DNA from: Paragordius varius
Lineage: Eukaryota > Animalia > Nematomorpha
Assembly (NCBI GenBank): GCA_964247055.1
Contig: OZ176056.1
Span: 1,984,001-2,048,000, forward strand
Length of the DNA: 64,000 bases
Direction of reading: 5' to 3'
Below the pieces are notes generated by a model that searched no databases, was not told the DNA's origin, and worked only from the letters and a program-made list of their open reading frames with translations. A program made the position numbers and the translations under genes. Shown here one piece after another: positions 1-13,340 of the stretch. Position 1 is the stretch's first letter; every line of letters begins with the position of its first letter.

Positions 1-3000
1 CTAGTCTTTTAAATCCACTCATCACCGAAGCCCCAATTCAGTAACAAGATAGATGGTGTTTTGGTTGTTAACGAGTTGAGAATTGATTGAAAACAGATTT
101 TGCCGCACGGCTTATTGTGAGACTTGGCTAACTTGAGTATACTGAAAGGACTAAACAGATTAAAGTATTATTGTGTACATCCACTCATCACCGAAGCCCC
201 AATTCAGTAACAAGATAGATGGTGTTTTGGTTGTTAACGAGTTGAGAATTGATTGAAAACAGATTTTGCCGCACGGCTTATTGTGAGACTTGGCTAACTT
301 GAGTATACTGAAAGGACTATACAGATTAAAGTATTATTGTGTACATCCACTCATCACCGAAGCCCCAATTCAGTAACAAGATAGATGGTGTTTTGGTTGT
401 TAACGAGTTGAGAATTGATTGAAAACAGATTTTGCCGCACGGCTTATTGTGAGACTTGGCTAACTTGAGTATACTGAAAGGACTAAACAGATTAAAGTAT
501 TATTGTGTACATCCACTCATCACCGAAGCCCCAATTCAGTAACAAGATAGACGGTATTCTGGTTGTTAACGAGTTGAGAATTGATATAAAACAGATTTTG
601 CCGGACGGTTTATTGTAAAGACTTGGCTAACTTGAGTTTACTGTAAAGGACTAAACAGATTAAAGTATTATTGTGTACATCCACTCAGCACCAAAGCCCC
701 AATTCAGTAACAAGATAGACGGTGTTTTGGTTGTTAACGAGTTGAGAATTGATTGAAAACAGATTTTGCCGGACGGTTTATTGTAAAGACTTGGCTAACT
801 TGAGTTTACTGTAAAGGACTAAACAGATTAAAGTATTATTGTGTACATCCACTCATCACCGAAGCCCCAATTCAGTAACAAGATAGACGGTGTTTTGGTT
901 GTTAACGAGTTGAGAATTGATAAAAACAGATTTTGCCGGACGGTTTATTGTAAAGACTTGGCTAACTTGAGTTTACTGTAAAGGACTAAACAGATTAAAG
1001 TATTATTGTGTACATCCACTCATCACCGAAGCCGCCATTCAGTAACAAGATAGATGGTGTTTTGGTTGTTAACGAGTTGAGAATTGATTGAAAACAGATT
1101 TTGCCGGACGGTTTATTGTAAAGACTTGGCTAACTTGAGTTTACTGTAAAGGACTAAACAGATTAAAGTATTATTGTGTACATCCACTCATCACCGAAGC
1201 CCCAATTCAGTAACAAGATAGACGGTGTTTTGGTTGTTAACGAGTTGAGAATTGATTGAAAACAGATTTTTCCGGAAGGTTTATTGTAAAGACTTGGCTA
1301 ACTTGAGTTTACTGTAAAGGACTAAACAGATTAAAGTATTATTGTGTACATCCACTCATCACCGAAGCCCCAATTCAGTAACAAGATAGATGGTGTTTTG
1401 GTTGTTAACGAGTTGAGAATTGATTGAAAACAGATTTTGCCGGACGGTTTATTGTAAAGACTTGGCTAACTTGAGTTTACTGTAAAGGACTAAACAGATT
1501 AAAGTATTATTGTGTACATCCACTCATCACCGAAGCCGCCATTCAGTAACAAGATAGATGGTGTTTTGGTTGACGAGTTGAGAATTGATTGAAAACAGAT
1601 TTTGCCGGACGGTTTATTGTAAAGACTTGGCTAACTTGAGTTTACTGTAAAGGACTAAACAGATTAAAGTATTATTGTGTACATCCACTCATCACCGAAG
1701 CCCCAATTCAGTAACAAGATAGACGGTGTTTTGGTTGACGAGTTGAGAATTGATTGAAAACAGATTTTGCCGGACGGTTTATTGTAAAGACTTGGCTAAC
1801 TTCAGTTTACTGTGAAGGACTAAACAGATTAAAGTATTATTGTGTACATCCACTCATCACCGAAGCCCCAATTCAGTAACAAGATAGACGGTGTTTTGGT
1901 TGTTAACGAGTTGAGAATTGATTGAAAACAGATTTTGCCGGACGGTTTATTGTAAAGACTTGGCTAACTTGATTTTACTGTAAAGGACTAAACAGATTAA
2001 AGTATTATTGTGTACATCCACTCATCACCGAAGCCCCAATTCAGTAACAAGATAGACGGTGTTTTGGTTGTTAACGAGTTGAGAATTGATTGAAAACAGA
2101 TTTTGCCGGACGGTTTATTGTAAAGACTTGGCTAACTTGAGTTTACTGTAAAGGACTAAATAGATTAAAGTATTATTATGTACATACACTCATCACCGAA
2201 GCCCCAATTCAGGAACAAGATAGACGGTGTTTTGGTTGACGAGTTGAGAATTGATTGAAAACAGATTTTGCCGGACGGTTTATTGTAAAGACTTGGCTAA
2301 CTTGAGTTTACTGTAAAGGACTAAACAGATTAAAGTATTATTGTGTACATCCACTCATCACCGAAGCCCCAATTCAGTAACAAGATAGACGGTGTTTTGG
2401 TTGTTAACGAGTTGAGAATTGATTGAAAACAGATTTTGCCGGACGGTTTATTGTAAAGACTTGGCTAACTTGAGTTTACTGTAAAGGACTAAACAGATTA
2501 AAGTTATATTGTGTACATCCACTCATCACCGAAGCCGCCATTCAGTAACAAGATCGATGGTGTTTTGGTTGTTAACGAGTTGAGAATTGATTGAAAACAG
2601 ATTTTGCCGGACGGTTTATTGTAAAGACTTGGCTAACTTGAGTTTACTGTAAAGGACTAAACAGATTAAAGTATTATTGTATACATCCACTCATCACCGA
2701 AGCCCCAATTCAGTAACAAGATAGATGGTGTTTTGGTTGTTAACGAGTTGAGAATTGATTGAAAACAGATTTTGCCGGACGGTTTATTGTGAGACTTGGC
2801 TAACTTGAGTTTACTGCAAAGGACTAAACAGATTAAAGTATTATTGTGTACATCCACTCATCACCGAAGCCCCAATTCAGTAACAAGATAGATGGTGTTT
2901 TGGTTGTTAACGAGTTGAGAATTGATTGAAAACAGATTTTGCCGGACGGTTTATTGTAAAGACTTGGCTAACTTGAGTTTACTGTAAAGGACTAAACAGA

Positions 3001-6000
3001 TTAAAGTATTATTGTGTACATCCACTCATCACCGAAGCCCCAATTCAGTAACAAGATAGATGGTGTTTTGGTTGTTAACGAGTTGAGAATTGATTGAAAA
3101 CAGATTTTGCCGCACGGCTTATTGTGAGACTTGGCTAACTTGAGTATACTGAAAGGACTAAACAGATTAAAGTATTATTGTGTACATCCACTCATCACCG
3201 AAGCCCCAATTCAGTAACAAGATAGACGGTATTCTGGTTGTTAACGAGTTGAGAATTGATATAAAACAGATTTTGCCGGACGGTTTATTGTAAAGACTTG
3301 GCTAACTTGAGTTTACTGTAAAGGACTAAACAGATTAAAGTATTATTGTGTACATCCACTCAGCACCAAAGCCCCAATTCAGTAACAAGATAGACGGTGT
3401 TTTGGTTGTTAACGAGTTGAGAATTGATTGAAAACAGATTTTGCCGGACGGTTTATTGTAAAGACTTGGCTAACTTGAGTTTACTGTAAAGGACTAAACA
3501 GATTAAAGTATTATTGTGTACATCCACTCATCACCGAAGCCCCAATTCAGTAACAAGATAGACGGTGTTTTGGTTGTTAACGAGTTGAGAATTGATAAAA
3601 ACAGATTTTGCCGGACGGTTTATTGTAAAGACTTGGCTAACTTGAGTTTACTGTAAAGGACTAAACAGATTAAAGTATTATTGTGTACATCCACTCATCA
3701 CCGAAGCCGCCATTCAGTAACAAGATAGATGGTGTTTTGGTTGTTAACGAGTTGAGAATTGATTGAAAACAGATTTTGCCGGACGGTTTATTGTAAAGAC
3801 TTGGCTAACTTGAGTTTACTGTAAAGGACTAAACAGATTAAAGTATTATTGTGTACATCCACTCATCACCGAAGCCCCAATTCAGTAACAAGATAGACGG
3901 TGTTTTGGTTGTTAACGAGTTGAGAATTGATTGAAAACAGATTTTTCCGGAAGGTTTATTGTAAAGACTTGGCTAACTTGAGTTTACTGTAAAGGACTAA
4001 ACAGATTAAAGTATTATTGTGTACATCCACTCATCACCGAAGCCCCAATTCAGTAACAAGATAGATGGTGTTTTGGTTGTTAACGAGTTGAGAATTGATT
4101 GAAAACAGATTTTGCCGGACGGTTTATTGTAAAGACTTGGCTAACTTGAGTTTACTGTAAAGGACTAAACAGATTAAAGTATTATTGTGTACATCCACTC
4201 ATCACCGAAGCCGCCATTCAGTAACAAGATAGATGGTGTTTTGGTTGACGAGTTGAGAATTGATTGAAAACAGATTTTGCCGGACGGTTTATTGTAAAGA
4301 CTTGGCTAACTTGAGTTTACTGTAAAGGACTAAACAGATTAAAGTATTATTGTGTACATCCACTCATCACCGAAGCCCCAATTCAGTAACAAGATAGACG
4401 GTGTTTTGGTTGACGAGTTGAGAATTGATTGAAAACAGATTTTGCCGGACGGTTTATTGTAAAGACTTGGCTAACTTCAGTTTACTGTGAAGGACTAAAC
4501 AGATTAAAGTATTATTGTGTACATCCACTCATCACCGAAGCCCCAATTCAGTAACAAGATAGACGGTGTTTTGGTTGTTAACGAGTTGAGAATTGATTGA
4601 AAACAGATTTTGCCGGACGGTTTATTGTAAAGACTTGGCTAACTTGATTTTACTGTAAAGGACTAAACAGATTAAAGTATTATTGTGTACATCCACTCAT
4701 CACCGAAGCCCCAATTCAGTAACAAGATAGACGGTGTTTTGGTTGTTAACGAGTTGAGAATTGATTGAAAACAGATTTTGCCGGACGGTTTATTGTAAAG
4801 ACTTGGCTAACTTGAGTTTACTGTAAAGGACTAAATAGATTAAAGTATTATTATGTACATACACTCATCACCGAAGCCCCAATTCAGGAACAAGATAGAC
4901 GGTGTTTTGGTTGACGAGTTGAGAATTGATTGAAAACAGATTTTGCCGGACGGTTTATTGTAAAGACTTGGCTAACTTGAGTTTACTGTAAAGGACTAAA
5001 CAGATTAAAGTATTATTGTGTACATCCACTCATCACCGAAGCCCCAATTCAGTAACAAGATAGACGGTGTTTTGGTTGTTAACGAGTTGAGAATTGATTG
5101 AAAACAGATTTTGCCGGACGGTTTATTGTAAAGACTTGGCTAACTTGAGTTTACTGTAAAGGACTAAACAGATTAAAGTTATATTGTGTACATCCACTCA
5201 TCACCGAAGCCGCCATTCAGTAACAAGATCGATGGTGTTTTGGTTGTTAACGAGTTGAGAATTGATTGAAAACAGATTTTGCCGGACGGTTTATTGTAAA
5301 GACTTGGCTAACTTGAGTTTACTGTAAAGGACTAAACAGATTAAAGTATTATTGTATACATCCACTCATCACCGAAGCCCCAATTCAGTAACAAGATAGA
5401 TGGTGTTTTGGTTGTTAACGAGTTGAGAATTGATTGAAAACAGATTTTGCCGGACGGTTTATTGTGAGACTTGGCTAACTTGAGTTTACTGCAAAGGACT
5501 AAACAGATTAAAGTATTATTGTGTACATCCACTCATCACCGAAGCCCCAATTCAGTAACAAGATAGATGGTGTTTTGGTTGTTAACGAGTTGAGAATTGA
5601 TTGAAAACAGATTTTGCCGGACGGTTTATTGTAAAGACTTGGCTAACTTGAGTTTACTGTAAAGGACTAAACAGATTAAAGTATTATTGTGTACATCCAC
5701 TCATCACCGAAGCCCCAATTCAGTAACAAGATAGATGGTGTTTTGGTTGTTAACGAGTTGAGAATTGATTGAAAACAGATTTTGCCGCACGGCTTATTGT
5801 GAGACTTGGCTAACTTGAGTATACTGAAAGGACTATACAGATTAAAGTATTATTGTGTACATCCACTCATCACCGAAGCCCCAATTCAGTAACAAGATAG
5901 ATGGTGTTTTGGTTGTTAACGAGTTGAGAATTGATTGAAAACAGATTTTGCCGGACGGTTTATTGTAAAGACTTGGCTAACTTGAGTTTACTGTAAAGGA

Positions 6001-9000
6001 CTAAACAGATTAAAGTATTATTGTGTACATCCACTCATCACCGAAGCCCCAATTCAGTAACAAGATAGACGGTGTTTTGGTTGTTAACGAGTTGAGAATT
6101 GATAAAAACAGATTTTGCCGGACGGTTTATTGTAAAGACTTGGCTAACTTGAGTTTACTGTAAAGGACTAAACAGATTAAAGTATTATTGTGTACATCCA
6201 CTCATCACCGAAGCCCCAATTCAGTAACAAGATAGACGGTGTTTTGGTTGTTAACGAGTTGAGAATTGATATAAAACAGATTTTGCCGGACGGTTTATTG
6301 TAAAGACTTGGCTAACTTGAATTTACTGTAAAGGACTAAACAGATTAAAGTATTATTGTGTACATCCACTCATCACCGAAGCCCCAATTCAGTAACAAGA
6401 TAGACGGTGTTTTGGTTGTTAACGAGTTGAGAATTGATTGAAAACAGATTTTGCCGGACGGTTTATTGTAAAGACTTGGCTAACTTGAGTTTACTGTAAA
6501 GGACTAAACAGATTCAAGTATTATTGTGTACATCCACTCATCATTGAAGCCCCAATTCAGTAACAAGATAGACGGTGTTTTGGTTGTTAACGAGTTGAGA
6601 ATTGATTGAAAACAGATTTTGCCGGACGGTTTATTGTAAAGACTTGGCTAACTTGAGTTTACTGTAAAGGACTAAACAGATTCAAGTATTATTGTGTACA
6701 TCCACTCATCATTGAAGCCCCAATTCAGTAACAAGATAGACGGTGTTTTGGTTGTTAACGAGTTGAGAATTGATTGAAAACAGATTTTGCCGGACGGTTT
6801 ATTGTAAAGACTTGGCTAACTTGAGTATACTGAAAGGACTAAACAGATTAAAGTATTATTGTGTACATCCACTCATCACCGAAGCCCCAATTCAGTAACA
6901 AGATAGATGGTGTTTTGGTTGTTAACGAGTTGAGAATTGATTGAAAACAGATTTTGCCGGACGGTTTATTGTAAAGACTTGGCTAACTTGAGTTTACTGT
7001 AAAGGACTAAACAGATTAAAGTATTATTGTGTACATCCACTCATCACCGAAGCCCCAATTCAGTAACAAGATAGACGGTGTTTTGGTTGTTAACGAGTTG
7101 AGAATTGATATAAAACAGATTTTGCCGGACGGTTTATTGTAAAGACTTGGCTAACTTGAGTTTACTGTAAAGGACTAAACAGATTAAAGTATTATTGTGT
7201 ACATCCACTCATCACCGAAGCCCCAATTCAGTAACAAGATAGATGGTGTTTTGGTTGTTAACGAGTTGAGAATTGATTGAAAACAGATTTTGCCGGACGG
7301 TTTATTGTAAAGACTTGGCTAACTTGAGTTTACTGTAAAGGACTAAACAGATTCAAGTATTATTGTGTACATCCACTCATCATTGAAGCCCCAATTCAGT
7401 AACAAGATAGACGGTGTTTTGGTTGTTAACGAGTTGAGAATTGATTGAAAACAGATTTTGCCGGACGGTTTATTGTAAAGACTTGGCTAACTTGAGTTTA
7501 CTGTAAAGAACTAAACAGATTAAAGTATTATTGTGTATATCCACTCATCACCGAAGCCCCAATTCAGTAACAAGATAGACGGTGTTTTGGTTGTTAACGA
7601 GTTGAGAATTGATATAAAACAGATTTTGCCGGACGGTTTATTGTAAAGACTTGGCTAACTTGAGTATACTGAAAGGACTAAACAGATTAAAGTATTATTG
7701 TGTACATCCACTCATCACCGAAGCCGCCATTCAGTAACAAGATAGATGGTGTTTTGGTTGACGAGTTGAGAATTGATTGAAAACAGATTTTGCCGGACGG
7801 TTTATTGTAAAGACTTGGCTAACTTGAGTTTACTGTAAAGGACTAAACAGATTAAAGTATTATTGTGTACATCCACTCATCACCGAAGCCCCAATTCAGT
7901 AACAAGATAGATGGTGTTTTGGTTGTTAACGAGTAGAGAATTGATTGAAAACAGATTTTACCGCACGGCTTATTGTGAGACTTGGCTAACTTGAGTTTAC
8001 TGTAAAGGACTAAACAGATTAAAGTATTTGTGTACATCCACTCATCACCGAAGCCCCAATTCAGTAACAAGATAGATGGTGTTTTGGTTGTTAACGAGTT
8101 GAGAATTGATTGAAAACAGATTTTGCCGGACGGTTTATTGTAAAGACTTGGCTAACTTGAGTTTACTGTAAAGGACTAAACAGATTAAAGTATTATTGTG
8201 TACATCCACTCATCACCGAAGCCCCACAGTAACAAGATAGACGGTGTTTTGGTTGTTAACGAGTTGAGAATTGATATAAAACAGATTTTGCCGGACGGTT
8301 TATTGTAAAGACTTGGCTAACTTGAGTTTACTGTAAAGGACTAAACAGATTAAAGTATTATTGTGTACATCCACTCATCACCGAAGCCCCAATTCAGTAA
8401 CAAGATAGACGGTGTTTTGGTTGTTAACGAGTTGAGAATTGATTGAAAACAGATTTTGCCGGACGGTTTATTGTAAAGACTTGGCTAACTTGAGTTTACT
8501 GTAAAGGACTAAACAGATTAAAGTATTATTGTGTACATCCACTCATCACCGAAGCCCCAATTCAGTAACAAGATAGATGGTGTTTTGGTTGTTAACGAGT
8601 TGAGAATTGATTGACAGATTTTGCCGGACGGTTTATTGTAAAGACTTGGCTAACTTGAGTTTACTGTAAAGGACTAAACAGATTAACTTTTATTTGTACA
8701 TTCACTCATCACCGAAGCCCCAATTCAGTAACAAGATAGATGGTGTTTTAGTTGTTAACGAGCTGAGAATTGATATAAAACAGATTTTGCCGGAATGTTT
8801 ATTGTAAAGACTTGGCTAACTTGAGTATACTGAAAGGACTAAACAGATTAAAGTATTATTGTGTACATCCACTCATCACCGAAGCCGCCATTCAGTAACA
8901 AGATAGATGGTGTTTTGGTTGACGAGTTGAGAATTGATTGAAAACAGATTTTGCCGGACGGTTTATTGTAAAGACTTGGCTAACTTGAGTTTACTGTAAA

Positions 9001-10400
9001 GGACTAAACAGATTAAAGTATTATTGTGTACATCCACTCATCACCGAAGCCCCAATTCAGTAACAAGATAGATGGTGTTTTGGTTGTTAACGAGTAGAGA
9101 ATTGATTGAAAACAGATTTTACCGCACGGCTTATTGTGAGACTTGGCTAACTTGAGTTTACTGTAAAGGACTAAACAGATTAAAGTATTATTGTGTACAT
9201 CCACTCATCACCGAAGCCCCAATTCAGTAACAAGATAGACGGTGTTTTGGTTGTTAACGAGTTGAGAATTGATTGAAAACAGATTTTGCCGGACGGTTTA
9301 TTGTAAAGACTTGGCTAACTTGAGTTTACTGTAAAGGACTAAACAGATTAAAGTATTATTGTGTACATCCACTCATCACCGAAGCCCCAATTCAGTAACA
9401 AGATAGATGGTGTTTTGGTTGTTAACGAGTAGAGAATTGATTGAAAACAGATTTTACCGCACGGCTTATTGTGAGACTTGGCTAACTTGAGTTTACTGTA
9501 AAGGATTAAACAGATTAAAGTATTTGTGTACATCCACTCATCACCGAAGCCCCAATTCAGTAACAAGATAGATGGTGTTTTGGTTGTTAACGAGTTGAGA
9601 ATTGATTGAAAACAGATTTTGCCGGACGGTTTATTGTAAAGACTTGGCTAACTTGAGTTTACTGTAAAGGACTAAACAGATTAAAGTATTATTGTGTACA
9701 TCCACTCATCACCGAAGCCCCACAGTAACAAGATAGACGGTGTTTTGGTTGTTAACGAGTTGAGAATTGATATAAAACAGATTTTGCCGGACGGTTTATT
9801 GTAAAGACTTGGCTAACTTGAGTTTACTGTAAAGGACTAAACAGATTAAAGTATTATTGTGTACATCCACTCATCACCGAAGCCCCAATTCAGTAACAAG
9901 ATAGACGGTGTTTTGGTTGTTAACGAGTTGAGAATTGATTGAAAACAGATTTTGCCGGACGGTTTATTGTAAAGACTTGGCTAACTTGAGTTTACTGTAA
10001 AGGACTAAACAGATTAAAGTATTATTGTGTACATCCACTCATCACCGAAGCCCCAATTCAGTAACAAGATAGATGGTGTTTTGGTTGTTAACGAGTTAAG
10101 AATTGATTGACAGATTTTGCCGGACGGTTTATTGTAAAGACTTGGCTAACTTGAGTTTACTGTAAAGGACTAAACAGATTAACTTTTATTTGTACATTCA
10201 CTCATCACCGAAGCCCCAATTCAGTAACAAGATAGATGGTGTTTTAGTTGTTAACGAGCTGAGAATTGATTGAAAACAGATTTTGCCGGACGGTTTAGTG
10301 TAAGATTTGGCTAACTTGAGTTTACTGTAAAGGACCAAATAGGTTACCGTTTTATTGTTTTTTACCACCACTCATCACCGAATCCACCGATTTTCAAAAC
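1..10400. repeat. Tandem satellite array, ~168-bp monomer, ~62 copies, running off the window start
   Basis: Unit tgtacatccactcatcaccgaagccccaattcagtaacaagatag...aaaggactaaacagattaaagtattattg (168 bp, 62 G+C = 37%) repeats head-to-tail with scattered variants. The last monomer (~10,300-10,410) is divergent. Confidence 0.98.
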
Positions 10401-10874
10401 TAGAGAAGGTTGTAGGGTTTATGTATTCTATTTGTGTGTTATTATTTAAAAAACATTGACTTTAATAAAATGATTGTTGCTTAAATTATATATGCTCATG
10501 TTTTAAGCATTTTGTACAATAACGAGAAAAAGCTATTTCACAAATATTAATATTACAAACACAACATAGAAAAATTGAAAAATATTTTTTTAAAACTCTA
10601 CTTATTCATAAATTATAATTCCCAAAATTATAAAAATTAGCTAATATCAATTTACATCTCTAATCCCCATTTCACAACCCAAAGAGTTTATTTAAATTAA
10701 AAAAAAGATATGGTTATTTTTAATTTTTACATGTTGTGTCTGTAATTTGAATTACTATAAGATTCATTTAAAAATAATGCGAAATTTTTGAAAATATTAA
10801 AGATAGTAACTTAAATCGACTTTTTATAGGATATCCACTTAGTGTGGAGGTCTCATATTTCTTCAAACCAATTT

Positions 10875-11039
10875 AAGTTTTGATATAAACCGACCTCCAC
10901 AATCTGCTTGCAATTTACTCGTATAAGACAACCTTAAACATCAATATTGTTACTGAAAATTGGCGGCTTCAGTAATCAGTGGTTGTAAAACACAATAACA
11001 CGATAATCTGTGTAGACCGTTACAGTAAAATCAAGTTAG
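10875..11039 (-). repeat. Single diverged, inverted copy of the satellite monomer
   Basis: The reverse complement ctaacttgattttactgtaacggtctacacagattatcgtgttattgtgttttacaaccactgattactgaagccgccaattttcagtaac...aagcagattgtggaggtcggttta aligns over a full monomer length. Confidence 0.9.
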
Positions 11040-11437
11040 ATTCCTATCCGTAGGTTAGTGATAATAAAATTCCTAAATTTGATATTGATTAATGTATTAA
11101 CAAGTCATCTTCTAATATATCTCAAATTGAAATGGGTTCAATAAATTAGATGACGGATAAATATTGAAACATCGGAGAAAGATCTTTTATCAACAAAAGC
11201 GTAATGTAGAATATTAAGCAAACAAAACCCCAACACATTCGATTAGGTATATATTTATATCTATTAGCCATAATAACTAAAATTTATTTGTAGTTTCCAG
11301 GATATACTATAGATAGATTATTAAAAAAGGGGGTTAATCTGTATATCAAACATATCACATCGTAATTTAAACCATCGCCCGATAACCCATATTTATTTTA
11401 ATTATATAATAGTTTTTTCTAAAATTTAGTTTCATGA

Positions 11438-12724
11438 TTAGCAGTGATTCGTTTGAACATAAACACGATGTGAACTTGCTTCTGTGGATGCGGCATCTTG
11501 ATCTATAAAGACTGGTCTAACCACAATCTCGTATTCCGTTTCGGGCAAAACATATGGGAAGCGATAATTATCAGAAACCGCCTAAAAAAGAAATGCACAC
11601 ATTAGTTTTTATACAAATACATAAAATTTTTGGGTCGTACGAATATATATACAGAGAAATACAGTAAAAATTGATGCTTATACAGACAGAACATCTCTCA
11701 AAAAATTTTACAGTAAAAATTGGAATTATAGAGAGAACAGTAAAAATATAAAGACATATACTTTTTCAAGATAATCATACTATAAACCATTTACAGAAAT
11801 TATTTTATTACAATTGGAAATTAACGTAATTAATTGTATTACCAAAATAGATTTTTATTTCATACTCTGAAATTACAATATGAATAATATTTAAAAATAC
11901 GTTTTATAAATTACAGCAGACTTTGAAAAAATATTTGTCTTTATATTTTTACGTTCGTCCGTATAATTTCATGATTTACTGTAAAAATCATATAATATAC
12001 AGACAACTAGTTAAAAAACGTACTCGTCTGCCTTTATTATGATTCAAATATGACTCCTGTTAACCATATATACATTGTGATAAAGTCTTATATTTCGTCG
12101 TTTAAACAACCGAAGATATTTATAGTTTCAGATTTTGGGTAAAAAAGCTTGTCATAAATTTAAAATTATTAAAAATCTATCAAAAATATACCGAAATAAA
12201 TCCTCTTTTAGTTGGTAAATCTTTCCCTGGGCTACTCAAGAAAATTTCTAGGCCACGGATGTCTTTTGCTTTTTCAGGATAATTAATTAAGGGGTTGGCA
12301 AGAAAAACTAATAAATCTAAAGAATTTGTATTTCCAGCGGTTGTGCCATTTATTAGGGACACGCCTTTTATTTTGACCACCCATCTTGACAAATCTAAAA
12401 ATTTTAAACAATAAATTTAGAATATAAATATAAGTAAAAATAAAAACTTTAATATACTTTACCTTCCTGATTCAGAACATATTGACCTGCATCGTTAAGA
12501 TTAACTACACCATATATACATAAATAGATATAATATAATTAGAAAATGCAAATATTTCAATAACTTTATGATCAAAAACTAGTCTAATTTTAAATGCATT
12601 CATTACCTGATATAAGTTTAAAAGCTGAATATGCTCCGATAAGCGGTAGATTTTCATAAGCAGGTTGAACCTTAACCAAATACTCGGTGGAAAAAGTGAG
12701 TCCCTTGATTTCGAATTGAGTTTG
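11438..12724 (-). CDS. 3' exons of a fibronectin type III domain protein (5' part not found)
   Basis: GT-AG exons 12724-12607, 12504-12463, 12394-12192 and 11581-11438 join in frame: QTQFEIKGLTFSTEYLVKVQPAYEN...DIRGLEIFLSSPG...NYRFPYVLPETEYEIVVRPVF...TNHC*. Two L-x-x-x-T-E-Y-x-V/I-x-V motifs fit FN3 strands E-F. Confidence 0.7.
11709..11983. mobile_element. TA-CAGT MITE family (tacagtaaaaattg...ttttactgta)
   Basis: Imperfect TIRs; related copies at ~34,159-34,538 and ~45,150-45,434. Confidence 0.6.
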
Positions 12725-13082
12725 CTAATGCAAATTTTTTTAAAATTAAACAACCAAAATTTATTAGTTTGATTTAGAGTTTATTATTACTTGTCCTACA
12801 TTTCGCAAAGATAAATTAGGTAAGAAATAATTTAAATATAAATAATGGATATGTTTAAGTTACTGTAGCTCTAATTAAAGTAATTAAATTCATCATCATA
12901 TACCTTTAACATTTCAAATCCTCAAACAATTAAAAATACAAATCAGCCTTGAACAATTCAAATTAACACTATATATCAATTATGTGTTTCCGGGGTAATA
13001 TATTAATATTATATATATTGTTTACCATATTCATATTTTTTATCAGTTTTATGTTAATTTTAATAAAATTTTTAGTTTTAGA

Positions 13083-13129
<47 letters not shown>

Positions 13130-13340
13130 CGATAATTTTTAACATCAAAAATGTAAATTCATAATGTTTAAATTTGAAGTGTAAATGGATATAATTCAAT
13201 TTATGTTATATTATAAATAATGTAGGAAAAAATAAAATTTAAAAAAGTATGGATGTTTTTTTATATAGAAAACATTTGCACTTTTGTAAAATTTATTTTT
13301 AAATAAATATTTGAAATAAAAAAAATGAAATTAATTATAC

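Noticed and set aside
290-340. Satellite segment taacttgagtatactgaaaggactaaacagattaaagta resembling a hammerhead (CUGAUGA-GUCC-GAAA-GGAC-GAAAC)
   Set aside because: Both core strands are broken (CUUGA, UAAA), stem I pairs for only ~3 bp, and the older diverged monomers do not restore the core.
1-10400. CRISPR-like array
   Set aside because: The units are full-length near-identical monomers with no unique spacers, the context is eukaryotic, and no cas genes are present.
1-10400. Satellite as a coding repeat under a code with TAA=Tyr (TAA aligns with TAC/TAT in the diverged copy)
   Set aside because: TAA terminates the LINE, Penelope, FN3 and micro-exon ORFs, and the 782 ACC codons contain no in-frame TAA.
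12505-12753. 82-aa track ORF (MFNFKKIC...) as the next ACC exon (LLMKI resembling EVMKM)
   Set aside because: There is no ACC similarity around it, and another frame of the same DNA gives a clear FN3-like exon with proper splice sites.
12969-13199. Overlapping 60-76 aa ORFs across the (TA)n tract
   Set aside because: Low-complexity microsatellite translation (YIYIYI) with no splice or homology support.
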